Shown piece after piece: positions 24,746 through 38,595 of a stretch of DNA of 64,000 bases. The translations under genes were made by a program, and so were the position numbers. The DNA is from Dipteris shenzhenensis (taxonomy: Eukaryota): assembly GCA_047967505.1 (NCBI GenBank), contig CM106538.1. The stretch is one strand, 5' to 3'. How positions within the stretch are numbered: the stretch's first letter is position 1; each line of letters starts with the position of its first letter. Below the pieces are notes generated by a model that worked only from the letters and a program-made list of their open reading frames with translations, was not told the origin of the DNA and did no database searches.

Positions 24746-26799
24746 TCTTCTTGCCGAATTCGACGATCAAAATATATATTGTCTTTTTGAGGTGTTCCTG
24801 AATAGAACGCAAAGTTTTTAGCCGCGCCCAGATTCGTGTGGCATCAGTAGCCCACTGCTACGTCAGAAACCGCAGGCACAGCTTCGGCTTCGACGCGAAT
24901 GCTATGGTTACGCTGCAATCCTCCGAGTCGGTACAGAGAGATGTCGTGTGCTCAAAGACTTCCATGGAGCATTTATTGACAAAAGGTGTGGAAACGAAGC
25001 GTGTACTTCCAGGTGAATATGACAGCGGGTACTGTTGCGAGAGCATAGACACAATCGCCATAGCATGCGGCTGCTAGTCATGTCTTGTGCGAGCAACGAG
25101 TCACGCCTGCTGAATATCTCCATAGCTAGAAGCTCCTCGGCCTCGTAAATTCCTGATTCAAATCTTTCGCTCCAAATTCAACTTCCTGAGCTTAATATCT
25201 CCAAGATCCTCAAGCCCACGGCTCCATATCACCAAGCGCCTCAGAGCTTCAATATTGATGCTCCATAGCAGCTTAAGTCATCTTGGGTTTTGGAGCTTTC
25301 ATGGAGAGGGGAATCGCTTTGCATGGGAGCTCCCAAGCAGTTGGTGCCCAGAAATGGACACAAATATGTTAAAAACTAGTGGAAATGGATGTCGGGTCAC
25401 GCTTACATGCTATCAAGGAATGTATATGTATTATGTCCATGTGTGTGTGTTTTTTTTTTTAGGCAGATAGCATTGTGGAATGAAAAGAAATTCTGGTTGA
25501 GCCACGTGTCACTCTATAAACCTAATCGAAGGGTTGTGGAATTTGGCAACTGCCGCTTCCTTGGTTCCCAACTCGTTCAATCTTTCCTGCACCATATCGT
25601 CCTCCTCTCCTTTCCCATGTCAAGGACCTCGCCAAATTTGCCATCTTCTCGCTTCGCCACCCCATTTCAGCGATTGAAGCCTGCCAAACTTTGAGATTTC
25701 TCTGTGCTCTCTCTCTTCTTGGGTGGGTTGGCTGGCTTGCTTGCTTGTTGTAAAGCAATTCATAGAGGTGCTCTCTCGGTAGATTTTCATTTTCTGGTTG
25801 TGGCTTCCAATTCCAAAGATCTCGAAACTTGGACGTCTTCTGAAAATTTGCCAGATTTCTTCTCAAGACAATTGATGTGGAGTGCAATGATCAAGCACAT
25901 GCCCCTCTTGATCACAAACCTCTAGATGCCAAATCAAACGTTGGCACTAAAACTTCCCTCTACACTATGGGCTGGTTTGGAAGGGGAGGGGTACCATCCC
26001 AAGCAACAAAGGATTAACTGATGTGGAGGACCTGGTGTTGATAAGCCAAGCTTCATCTATACGTGCCTGGCTGCATGCTATGTATCTCTTATATTTAATA
26101 TCCACTGCTGCTCGGGATCTCAGTTTTTATTGCTACTAGCTAAGGAGGATTTTAATATCCAAAAGAATTGGTGTGGAATTGTCATGGTCACCTAGCATCA
26201 GCATGGACAGTGGCTGATATCAGCAATACAAGTCTTCATCCAAAAGTGTAGGTTGGAAGCCAATTCGAAGTCGCCATAGGGCCTACACGATAGATGGCAG
26301 TACATAGCAGACAGCCGACTACCACGTGGCAAGTTCGGGCTGCTCCGGATTAGTTGAGGGAGCCTGACTATATAAAGATCACTTACCTCCTTATTTCATC
26401 ATCAATTTCAGCATTCTTTAGCTTAGCATTAGCCCCTTTAGCCCATCAGCAGATCCACGTGGACCAACAATGCTTTGATCATTAGTTAGGGAGAAGGAGA
26501 AAAGGAGAAGCATGTCTCTCTCCATCTCCTCATGGAGCTTCTCAAGGTATAGGCTGACATGATTACCTATTGGAGTGGTCTAATTGCTTCTATAGTGAAG
26601 ACCTAGCCATGCAGAGAGAAGGTTACACAAGGATTTCTACAAACACCATCATGTTGAATCTTTTCCCTCTCCCTTGTACATAGGACCCATTTAAGAAGGC
26701 AGGCTGCTACATGTCCATATCACATAAATTGGATTTGAATATGATGTTGTAGTGAATGAGTCAACACCAAGAAGGAGAGAGGAACATCCAGGCATTGAA

Positions 26800-28180
26800 G
26801 TGGATCTTGGCTTGTACGCTTCAGTATTGTGCTTGTGTAAGGATGCAAAGGCCTTGTAAGAAGGTAAGCGCGTTCATAGACAAATTATTGAGAGTGGCCT
26901 CAAGCAAAATATTGTTTTGGAATCCCTGTTCATACAAATGTATGGTGAATGTGGGGCCCTAGAGGATGAACTGGCGGTGTTTATCACCTTGGATGAGCGT
27001 CGTGTTTCTTTGTGGAACTTCGTCATTAGAGCACATGCCTGAAAAGAGAATAGTAAGGAGGCCCTCTGACTTCTAAAAACTATGCAACTACAAGGAATGA
27101 TGCCAAACACGTTTACATTCGCTTTTACTCTTACTGCATTTGCCATGCAGCTTTAGAAGATGGCGAATGGCTGCATGCTCACATCCAGGAGGTTGGGTTC
27201 AAGGTATATGTTTTTGTGGGTACTCCCTTCTCAGTATGTATGCCAAGTGTGGTAAGCTCAGATCATGCACTGCAAATGTTCGAAAAAATGCCAAAGCGAA
27301 ATGTAGTTTCATGGAATGTCACGGTGGCAGTGCATGCTCAGAATGGCAAATCCAAGCAGTCTCTTGAAGTTTTTGATGAGATGTAGCAAAATGGAGTAAT
27401 GCCAAGTAGGGTTACTTTTATTTGCATTATCAACACCTAGTAGCCAGGCAACTCTAGCTGAAGGTAGGTAGGTCCATGAATGCATTCTAAAGAGCGAATT
27501 TGACCGAGATATTGTGGTGGGAAATGCTTTGATCCATATGTATGGGAAATGCGGAGTCCTTGAGGATGCACAGAGGACTTTTGAGAGAATGAAAAAACAG
27601 GATGTGGCATCTTGGATTGCTATGATTTTAGCTTAAGCCTTCTATGAGAAGGGCCGGGAGGCTGTCCAACTGTATTTTCATATGCAAATTGAAGCGGTAA
27701 ATTCAGATAAGGTGACTCTTGTTGCAGTTCTAGAGGCATGTGCAAACGAGGCTTTGTTACCTGAAGGAAAGTAGTTGCATTTGTAGATCTCAAAGAGTGG
27801 CATCCAGCCAGATATTCTCATGGGAAATGCTCTTGTTAGTATGTATGGAAAATGTGTATGTTTAGACCATGCAAATGAGGTTTTTGACAAAACGCCCAAG
27901 CAAGATGTAGTTACATGGACTGCTCTGATAGCAGCATATGATCACATGGGCTAGGAGAGGAGGCTTTTCAACTATTCAATAGAATGCATCTCAAGAAGGA
28001 ATAAAGCCAAACAATGTGACCTTTGTTTGTGTTGTCAATGCATGCACGGGCTGTGGAGCATTAGCTGAAGGTTAATGAGTGCATGCCTGCATTTTGGATC
28101 TTGAATTGGCTCAATATGTTGATTTGGCAGCTGCTCTTATGAATATGTATGGAAAGTGCGGCAGCCTCCAACAATGCTTC
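26800..28180 (+). pseudogene. PLS-class pentatricopeptide-repeat (PPR) pseudogene
   Basis: Repeated motifs such as LSMYAKCGK, MPKRNVVSWN, VGNALIHMYGKCGVLEDAQRTFERMKKQDVASWIAMI, MGNALVSMYGKC...QDVVTWTALIAAY and ALMNMYGKCGSL. No introns evident; many stops and frameshifts; no E/DYW domain seen. Confidence 0.9.
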
Positions 28181-29659
28181 TGCTCCTACATCTCCTCCAG
28201 ATTTGGCTAGAACTGTGTTGGAAATGACCAGATCTAATGCATGTTGACAGGATGCATGTAGATGACTCCTAGAGAAGTGTTGCATTGTTGTTGGAGACTA
28301 AGGAAAGGGCAGTTCTGAGGGTGGAGGAGGCAGAGGAGAACTGCAACAGCATATGACAGTTGAATGTATCAAATGTAAGGATTAGAGCTGCTTTTTGTTT
28401 GTGAGGTAGGTCACAAAAGATCATGCAAATGCAACAATGAAGGGTGTCATGTAGATGTAATACTACTGGGTATCATGAATGTTCAACACTACAGGGCATC
28501 ATGTTGATGCAACAAATGGTCATTCTTGTCATAGTTCTTTAGTGGCATTGCTAAATCAATCTCACTTCATTCTTTGCAAGGAAGGATCTCTTCGTAGTTG
28601 GATAGGTAGGAATCGATATATATAATAATCCCTTCTGAACCTGATGTATTTGTGGGACGGGAGGAATTCTAGGTTATAGGATAGTGTTAGTTACCTTAGT
28701 GCTAACATTACAACCTATACGAGTGCTTGAATAGCTTTTACAGTGACCTAGCCATGCAAAGAGAAGCTTACATACCGGATTTCTATAAGCTATGCTGGAT
28801 AGTTAACTCACTGCCCCAACTATAAACACCTTTGCAACTATTTGTTCAATTGAGGTAAAAGGCTTCAAGAAAAAAAATATGATGACCATCTCTGTTATCA
28901 CTATTTATAGTCATATAGGTCTGATTGTTGATAGGAGACGATAATTTCCCTCAACCTTGGGTAGTTGTCATGATGATGTAGTTCTACTTAAGGCTATTTG
29001 TGATGCTTCTATCTCATGTTTGTTCATGTCATTGTATTAATCTATGCTATCATCATTTAGTTGTAATTGCATTTTTCTTTTGCAATCTGCTAAATCTAAT
29101 TTTTAGAAAACTAAACATGTGGTTATTTAAAAAATGCAAACTGCTATTTAATTATATAATACAAAAATCATTGTCTCATTTCTGGAATTCAAAATCAAGA
29201 TTATATTTTTTCAATTCCAATCTTTGTAAAATGTCTTCAACTTTAGGATATTGGTATTTATAAAATGCATAGTGCTATCTAGTTATACAATACAATAGTT
29301 AGTTATCTTATTTCTAAAATTTAAATTGAAGATCACATTTTTGAATTCTTATCTTTGTAAAATATCTTCAAATTATTTTACAGCTCTATTCAATTGGTAA
29401 TTTTCAAGTCGTTCATTGGACTATGATCTGGGACAACAGAAATACAATAGGTACTTCTACGCTAGCATTTAACTAAATTCACAAACATGAAAACGTAAAT
29501 TAGGAGAAAAGAAAAAACAACTTCTTATATTAGCATTCAATTAACAAAAATTCCTCATGGTAATTAATTAATAAAGTTCTTGAATAATAGAACATTTCTT
29601 ACTTTATTATGAAGATGCTATTTTATGTATTTAATAATAAACTAGATTTTAACATTATG

Positions 29660-30890
29660 ACCTAAATAAAAAGTGCTATGTACTAAATGAAAGTGCTATA
29701 TGCCAAATTCAAGTTGCTACATGCTACTTGCTAAATATAAACTGATATGAACCCAAGGAAGGACACGTTCCTTGGTCTTGTTGTTTTTAGAGAGGAAGTG
29801 TGCAACTCTCCTCCCACACTATACATGTGGTTATTGGCTAAATACAAAGTACTATGTGCAAAAGGCAAAGTGCTATGTGTGAAATTCAAATTGCTAAGTG
29901 CTACATTGAAACTACTTTGTGTTAAGTGCAAATTGAAAAATACTATGTACTAAATGAAAAGTGCTATATGCTAAATTCAAATGGCTAGATGCTATTTGCA
30001 AACTGATATGAACCCAAGGAAAGGCACATTCCTTGGTCTTATAAATTTTGGAGAGGAAGTGTGTCAACTCTCCCCCCACACTATATGTGTGGTTATGTAC
30101 TAAATGCAAAGTACTGTGTGCAAAAATGTAAAGAGCTATGTGCAAAATTCAAATTGCTAAGTGCTAAAATGAAGTTGCTTTATAAAGTGCAAGTACCCAA
30201 GAAAGGGCACGTTTCTTGGTCTTATAATTTTTGGAGAGGAAGCGTGCCAACTCTCCCGCCACACATATGTGTGGTTATGAGCTAAATGCAAAGTATTATG
30301 TGCGAAATGTAAAGTGCTACATGCAGAATGCAAAGAGCTAATTACCATGTGCTATATTTGAACTGTTGTATGCTACATTCAAATTGCTATGTGCGATATT
30401 CAAAGTGCTATAACATAAAGTAGAGGTGTTATAAATTCTATGTGTGAAATATATAGTGTTAAATTCATATTGCTATGTGCTATATGAAAAATGCTATGTG
30501 CTAAATGCAAATTGATATGAACCCAAAGAAAGGGACGTTCCTTGGTCTTATAATTTAAGAGAGGAAGTGTGCTAGTTTCTCCCACACAAACATATGGTTG
30601 TATGCAAAATGGAAAATTATATGTGCGACATGCAAAGTCTTATGCGCTAAATTTAAATTCCTATTACTAAATTTAAATTTATATGTCTTAAATGCAATTC
30701 GAATGAGCCTTAGAAAGTGCACCTTCCTTCGTCTTATAACTTTTGGAAAGATACTGTGCAAACTCTGTCCCCACAAAAACATGTGGTTATGTGCTAAATG
30801 CAAATTACTATGTGATCTTATTAATTTTGGAGAAGCAACGTGCAAACTCTCCCTCCACACTAATGTGTGATTATGTGTAAAATGCAAATT
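29660..30890. repeat. Degenerate AT-rich tandem array: ~90-bp core repeated 5-6 times, separated by ~21-bp subrepeats
   Basis: Core ATGAACCCAAGG..GG.CAC.TTCCTTGGTCTT...GAGAGGAAGTGTG.CAACTCTC...CCACAC...ATGTGGTTAT near 29747, 30008, 30194, 30517 and 30703, partial at 30815. Spacers resemble AAAGTGCTATGTGCTAAAT. Confidence 0.8.
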
Positions 30891-31060
30891 GTCATCTTTT
30901 TTGGTAGATAGAACTGTGCCATAAAATGACAATTTGAGCTCTTCTTGAACCATGTATCAAAGTTTTCTCAATAGCAAATATTAATACTAAATTTTTGGGG
31001 AATGGCAAGAAATTAAGCTGAAGTATATTCTAGCTCAATATAGCTACCTGCTCGGAACTA

Positions 31061-32067
31061 GTTGTATATGTGTGTTGGAGTGTTCACATGAAAACCTCCA
31101 AACTATATACAGTGAACATTCACCCGTAAAAAGTATTTTCTCAATTTTATAAAATCTACAAAATTTTAGGCAATTTAGTTATATTTTAGCTAAAAATCGA
31201 CAAATTCTCGGGAAAAACCTTCAAATTTTAACACCCTAACTTTTGTGATTTGTTGAGAAAAATGTTTTTTGTGAACACTGTGTTGGTTACACATATGCAT
31301 ATGTGTATGTATGTGGTAGTCTAAGAGTCAAAGGGTGGTAATCAAAGAGGTAGTTATAGTCAAAGAGTCCAAGGGTGGCGTGTGGTACATTTCCTAAGCT
31401 CTTCTCTTTCTCTTAGAAGTTAAAAACCCATCCTCTTGCTTTTTATCAATGTGGCTAATAGGTAGAATAGATGCCTTTGAGTAATGGGATTATGAGGAAT
31501 CTTTTATATGTGCTCCTTCCAAACCCTGCTTTTGGGAGAACCGTCGCCACTATGTGATGTTTACACATGGTAGCTAAAAAATATGGTTAGAAGGTTGTTG
31601 CCAAAAGCATAACCACATAGGTTCAAATCTTGACTTCTGCAACCTGCCAAATTTTCTAATTAGTTAGAGCTATCTTCACCTATACTTGAGGAGGGGGTGC
31701 CCATCCTCCCAACCCTAGTAAAAAAAATTTTAGTTTTGCTTTTTTTGACATGAGGATTTCTCCAAGCAAGGAGAGTCACCCAAGAATAGTTTGACCTTGG
31801 TTGTGTTCAAAGTCTTAGGTGACTTTGATGTAGTGAGAGAATATTTCCTTATTATTGCATGAGAGAATGGATGCTTCTTCAAAGCAACAAACAAGACAAT
31901 TTAAAAGCATGTCAACTATGTCCAAAGTTTTAAAGTGAGTTTGCACTTGGAAAAAGCTTAGAAGAAGCATAGAGCTCATAGTGTTTCCCAATATGACTTT
32001 TGAAGTGGGAGGTTGGAAGTGGGCAAAGAAAAAATTGGTCTTAGAGTTTCTCCCTTACACATACAAC
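31061..32067. mobile_element. Putative ~1-kb non-autonomous element or solo LTR
   Basis: Imperfect inverted ends (GTTGTATATGTGTG ... CACATACAAC). Both ends recur, joined together, at 40358-40579. No TSD found. Confidence 0.45.
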
Positions 32068-34142
32068 ATTCTAGGCACAATATTCACTCCACCTGACACA
32101 AATTTTTGCAACACCTTTTGTGTCACATAGCCACATGACCAAACAACCAATTGTATTTCACCCATACAATTCACCTGAATTGTATTTTGCCAATACAACC
32201 AATTGTATTTTGCCCATACAATTCACCTGAATCAAGATTCTATTTTCACCTTGAGTCAAAAGAGAGAAATTTACAATAAAAAGGCATAATTTACTCAAAC
32301 TTGCAACTTGAATCTAGGGTGTCTCTTGCCGAGTGTAGCTTCTTCTCCTTCTTTAAGCTAAAAAGCTTTTGCAAAGGGATGTTAGCATGGTACTTGAAAA
32401 GTTGAGATGTAGAGGAAAAGTTTGTGAGGGTAACAAGTGGAATAACACCTTATTCAAATCTTCCTTTTAGAAGTGATGCATCCCTAGAATTCACAACTAA
32501 AGTGTTCCACAAAATGTAAGGGACAATTAGCATGTTAACAATCTCACACCTATTGCAATATGTTTGCTCTAAGTTGGCACATCCATTGGAGAATGACACA
32601 TTGATTTCATATGTCTTTACACATCAGTATTGCAAAATTTACTCCCTTTGTTAATCTTGACAAGCCACAATATGTAATGAAATTGGTACCACATCAATAC
32701 CTTTATGTGCTTGTCCCACCTTCTGTTGTTCCAGAGTGATGCCCTTTCACGTATATACTGCCCGCTTTGTCACATTATCATGCGTATTAGTGTAGGGAGG
32801 TATGAGATCAAGGGTCCTTATTGTAGTATATCAAATCACAATTTTACGGAGCTTGATATTAAGACCATATGATTACCTTTTACTTTGGGTAGACTCTTTT
32901 GCAAAAGTAATGTATAACTTGGGAATTATAACATTGGTAAAGTAAAGTACACATAAAAAATTACATAAAAAATCACAAACTTGAGCCTCCTCTCATAGTC
33001 CAATAGGTAGGTGGCAGAAGAGCATGTACATAATACAAGAAGAACGATTAGTGATCAAAGGTCAACAAATATTAAACATGTATACCAACTGGATCTTAAT
33101 ATAGCATCCAATGTACAAGGCACAACATAGCTATGTGGTCAATGACCCACAAGAACACATGATGGAAATCTTATTTTCTCACATTATATAAGGCTAGCTT
33201 CATACGGGGCAGTACCATTTATGCAAAAGAGTGTTAATTGATTGGCATGGCACAAGGCAATTCACCCAAGGACATGGCCAATGGAAGGAAAGTTGTTCGG
33301 CCCCCATACAACACTCATTACCATGATTCTACGTAATTGAACTCAGAAATTCATTTGTGCCAATTGATTTTAAGATCACCCAACTAGGATACCCAAAATA
33401 ATAAACAAACAAAATGAGAACTGAGAATTGTGGTAATGAATGAGTACTGTATGAAGCTAGAAAGCATTCCATGTAAGATTAATACTCTTGGCAATCTAAT
33501 TTCCAATTCTAAAAGATAGACACCTTTATAATTCATGAAGATGAATGCTTGCAAACATCATTCTCTAGTGTCACTCTAGCGACTCCCAGCTTGTTGCAAT
33601 CATGAATCCATAAGAGAAGAAGTGGGAGAGGAGAGGGGAATGGAGAAGGGAGAGGGAGAATGTAAGGAGAAGGGGAAGATAGACCTGATAAAGATGAAGC
33701 AACATTAGAAATGACATATTATTTTAAAAAATGCATATGAATATATTCCATGAAGACATTAATCAGTTATTGTCACCAATATCTTGAACCATCCTGCCCT
33801 ATGATAAGAAGTTTAGTAAATAAAACCAATAGATTCATATGAAATTTAGCCATGTGCTTAAAATCAAAGATCTAAGAGAATCACTTGCATATCACAACAG
33901 GTTTTGTAACAATCACCAAATGCTCTTAAATGTTCATAGAATCACAAAAAACGAGGATCAAGTTGTGATTCTATAAAAACTATTCACTTGGGCCGTGATA
34001 GTCTTGGGCCCACAATACTTTATATAATCCCAACAAGTGTAGAAAAAGAATAATGGGTTATGTTTATAATCATTTGGAGGGCGTACCTCCTTGATGTATT
34101 GGATAGATCCCCACAACACGTGAGTCACCGCAGGAGACCACA

Positions 34143-37080
34143 TTTTTAGCACCGCTGTTGGGGAGTTGCCAGGTATGCTTTTGCTTGCATTGTCTCTCTC
34201 ATTATCTACCCATTTCCCAATTTTGAAAAAGGCTATTGGTTTTTGGACTGTAGGAAGTGTAGGTGAAAGGAAGGTGTTTTGAAGTGATTTTGACTTTTTT
34301 TAAAAATGTTTTTGAAGTAGAATGAGTGTGAAGTTGAAGGAGTATATAGGCATTGTCATTGCTAAGGCCTTGATATTATCAAATCAAAAGAAAAGATGGA
34401 GAAATTGATGAATTTGAGCAAATTTCAAATTGATTTGTAGAGGCAAGAGCAATCCAAATTTTGAAAGTCTTCATTTGTGTCAAATCTTATTCTTTTTCAT
34501 TGTTTGTTTGATTCAGTAGGTAGTGTAGATTACATAGGACCCCAAAAACCCAGCACAAAAACTCCACATTGCTTGAAAATCCTTGAAACTTAGTTGGCAA
34601 AACTATTTGTACTGGTAATGCTAAATTAGCCCTAATTCAGTGCACGCTGAATTAGCTTTAGCACATGAAATTACAAAAGTCGACGCTAAATTATGAAAGT
34701 CAGCACTGAATTACGAATTCAGTGCATAGTGAATTAGCTCGGACAAGCTGAATTACAAAAGTCAACAATGAAATACTAATTATGTGCACTGAATTAGCTA
34801 GCCCCACCTACCCCTAACAATTTTCACCTAATGACCAGTTAAACATTAAATGCTGACAGGTGGCATGTTAGCACCATGTTGAATTAGCCAAAAGTTAATT
34901 ATGAGTTACTAATTCAATGCATGCTGAATTAGCTTTAGCATGCGAAAGTCAACTTTGAAGTAACAAAGTCAATGCTAAAGTAGCAAAGTCAATGCTAAAT
35001 TACTAATTTCATGCATGTTTAATTATCAAAGTTGACACTGAATTACAATATCAACGTTGAATTACTAATTTAGCGCACAATGGATTACCTTTGGCATAGT
35101 GAATGAGCAAAGTCAACGCAATGAATTACCAGTTCAACATTGAATTACTAATTTAGCGCACCTTGAATTAGCTCCGGTATGTTGAATTAGCAAATTCAAT
35201 GTACTGAACTGCTAATTCAGTAGATGGTGAATTAGTTGCTAAACTAAAGGTTGGCTAGTTGTTGTAGATTTACACAAAAATGACAAAATTTGCATGCAAT
35301 TTGCATTGAAATAAATCTCGTTTCTTTAAAAGAATCGTTGGGCCACTGCCCTTGCACCCTGCCAGGACGTTGTCCCTAGACCTTTCCCTACTATCGTGCA
35401 AGGAAGCCACAATAGGCTACCGCCTCTTGACCGCACATCAAAATGGACTCAACCTAAAATTGGGGCTTCAACTGGACCGAACAACATATGCACTCGAAAT
35501 CAAAAAGAGTCCTAGGAGATAACCTTAGTGCCTCAAATACCCTCTTGTCAACCTACACACCTCGCTTTGCATCCTTAGGGTAAAAAAACTCAAGTGTGAG
35601 CTTTTAACTGTGCGCAAATCACCCCATGGTGACCTATCCAGCTCAGAAAAGTCTATGAGCCTGGACGGAGCCATGGGAGAACTCTCCAACATTGGCTTAA
35701 ATGATCCCTGGTCTTCTACCCCTTCTACAATAACTAGATTAAGGGAAACCTTTTCTGACATGATGGGTAGGCTTGGACTAATTGAACCAAAAGATATATT
35801 AAATCTGTTTACTAGGTGGAATGGGGTGCTGATAGAACCTTAGGTTTCAACCCAACCATCGGTGTCAAAATTAATTAGGGAACCAAGGCACATCGTATCT
35901 ACTAGCAAACAACCACCACCATATCCATTCTTTGATGAAAACTAGTCGTATAGGGGTGAATTTTGCCCCAGACTCCCCCAACAGTTCCAAATGCTAGAAC
36001 AAATTGGACAAAAAAGTAATCCAAAAGGTCCACAAATAATATCCCCCACATCCAAAGTTCCATCATTTCCTACTTGCCCACAAACATGGGAGGTACGTCA
36101 TACCCAATGACAGCCCCTCACAGGCCTATATTTGGGGTGAACATGGCAATTCCCACAAGACCTTTAGCCCAACTTGTTAGGCCCACCAACCCCAAGTCAC
36201 AATGCAAATGCCTAGTGGGTAAGAGTCCTCAAATCCTACATTTATACTTGGAACCCTCCAAATCCTACATTTATACAGCCACCAAATACCCTCCATTGGG
36301 AACCCCAATGTACAAAGTAGGGTCACCACATCCTCGAGTTCTTCCTATGCCACAAATGGTGCTTACCAATGAGGCAATGGGGATCCTAGTGCAAGCACTA
36401 GGAAAGGGGGCCACACCTCTAGCTTTTATAGAATGCTATACATGTCAAGGTCCTCACAAGGCTAATGAGTGTCCATATAACAGAGTGACTAATCTTCCAA
36501 TCTCATGTTTTAAATGCTAAGGACCTCATTCCTTGAAAGGCTCTCACTACAAGGATGCCCCACCATCACTAGTCATGGTCCCATCAAACACACAAGCACC
36601 ATTGTGCATTGGGTGTGGGTTGATCACCTCTACAAGGATTGCCCAATGTGAAGCCCAACTAAAACCACCGCTGACCCTAAAACCAGCATTAATTTGCTTA
36701 GTGTTGAGAGAGGCCACATATCTTTGATATCCTTGTAAATACAAGGGCCCAAGCCAAGGCCTTTATTAAAGAGCTGCATAAGCAGGAAAAAACAGACAAG
36801 GCCAGCACATCACAACCTAGAGAGGCAACTAGATCTATGTGCAAATATGATAAAGGTGCCACTAGGATTGGAAAGGTCCATGATAAGATAATCATCCAGG
36901 ATGGGTCTCATGAAGACATTGCCACCCTTTTGGTGGTACTTCCTCCAATGGCGGCCTACTCAATACTCTTCTCGGACATGTCGAGGAATCGCAAAGAACC
37001 CCTATCCTAGGCAGAGCCACAGAAGGCCCAAGGTTCACCATGATTACCCAAACCCCTTGGTAGAGAAACAAAACCTTATC
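34143..37080 (+). mobile_element. Highly degenerate Athila/Tat-like LTR retroelement leader and gag remnant
   Basis: After ...CCACA comes TTTTTAGCACCGCTGTTGGGGA, resembling the TGGCGCCGTTGCCGGGGA PBS. The gag-like region has knuckles CYTCQGPHKANEC and CFKC*GPH. The upstream LTR boundary is not resolved. Confidence 0.5.
34618..35240. repeat. Minisatellite-like array of (G)CTGAATTA(G/C) motifs
   Basis: Many GCTGAATTAG/TGAATTAC/GCTAAATTA units at ~20-bp spacing, with AAAGTCAA linkers. Confidence 0.75.
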
Positions 37081-38595
37081 CAGGCACAAAACATGAGTTA
37101 TTTTACATGGGAGCTCACACCTGCAAATATTTTCTCCAAGCTTTTTCGCGTTAAAAATCCCTTATATCAAGTTTTGGCACTATGTATTGTAAGTCTTTCC
37201 CTTTTTATTTAAGTCTCTCGTATAAAGTTTTGCTATGTATTGTAAACCTTTTAAAGAGTTATTTTTCTTATAATGACATGGCAATCATGGTAAACTCATG
37301 GCATACCAAGATGGCGTGTTTTCTCACTGAACATTTTAAGCAACCTTGGTCCCCTCGAGTGACACTATGACTCTTGGTTCTCCATTGGTGACCTTTGATC
37401 CACATCATGGCAGTCCAATTCTTGTTCTACTTCAATATCTCTTGGAGTTTCTCACTAAGCTGACACGCATCCAAATTCTCAAATTTGGAACTTTGACTTC
37501 GGAAAGTCCTCCTAGTTCTTACAAATGAGCTCATTGGTCTAGTTTGACTTTTGAACTGGATTGTTGATGTCACTCCAAACACACTGGAGCTGTAAATGAG
37601 CTAGGCCAAGTACCCAATGCTCCAAACCAAGCACTATATTCCATCGCTCCTCCTGTGGTGTCAGTATACACTCCTTTAAATTGTCCTTCTGCCCAAGAAT
37701 GGCATCATGTTCCATGATCACATTCTGTGCCATATGCTGTTACCAAGATGTCCCATGTACACTATCAATCACAATCTCCTCCAAAATCCACGATCCTTCA
37801 ACATGTTATCGACAAATTGACAAAGAACCTAGGATGATGAATACCTTACAGGGCCAAGCAAGCTATATGCCACCACAAACATAGTATTTCGTCCCCTACT
37901 TGTGACGGACAACTCAACATGGAGTACATATTACTGATGGGTGAAGGTTGCAATCAACATGACATCTACCTTATTCTCTTCAAATGGAGAAACTAAGTAT
38001 GTGTGTTTGGGGGGGCGGGGGGCATCCACGTGCACACGCTATCATTGTCACATATCAGACATCCAAAAGCTTTTTGGTGCTATTCAAGAATATTGCTTTA
38101 AAGGAAACTGATTATAAAAGACCTCCATAAGCAACCATCCTCTCAAAATTTTAGAAAAATTGAGGTTAGTACCAACCAACGAAACCACTTTGCAGTAATA
38201 GATGAACTTGTATAACGACTTATTAAGTTGTTTTTGAATCCGTTTTCACATGCTATTTTCTTAGTGGCTCTTTTTTGTTTATGATAGGGTGTTTTTTTTA
38301 AGGGCCTCACCCATGCTCTAAGAGTGCTTGACTGGGTATGGTTGTAAGCTAGGGTTAAGTTGAAAGAGAAACTAGACACCTTTTCATAACAGAAATTAAG
38401 TACAACATGTGTGAGTACTACTTGCTATGTCTGTCATGAAGAATCAAGATGTAACAATGGGCCAGAATAAATAACAAGGGCGCACATCATGTGCTCGGAC
38501 AACACTACTTTGTTTAACTTTTATGGAGTAGATCGATTATTGATGTGGAAGGGGAGAGCGAGCTCATGCAAGAGAGAGAGAGAGAGAGAGAGAGG

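Noticed and set aside
25522-25887. 121-aa minus-strand ORF upstream of the DnaJ gene
   Set aside because: No recognisable homology or splice support.
31568-31641. tRNA or SINE head (A-box-like TAGCT...TGG, B-box-like GGTTCAAATC)
   Set aside because: No convincing cloverleaf and the boxes are degenerate; it would need tRNAscan-SE or a SINE search.
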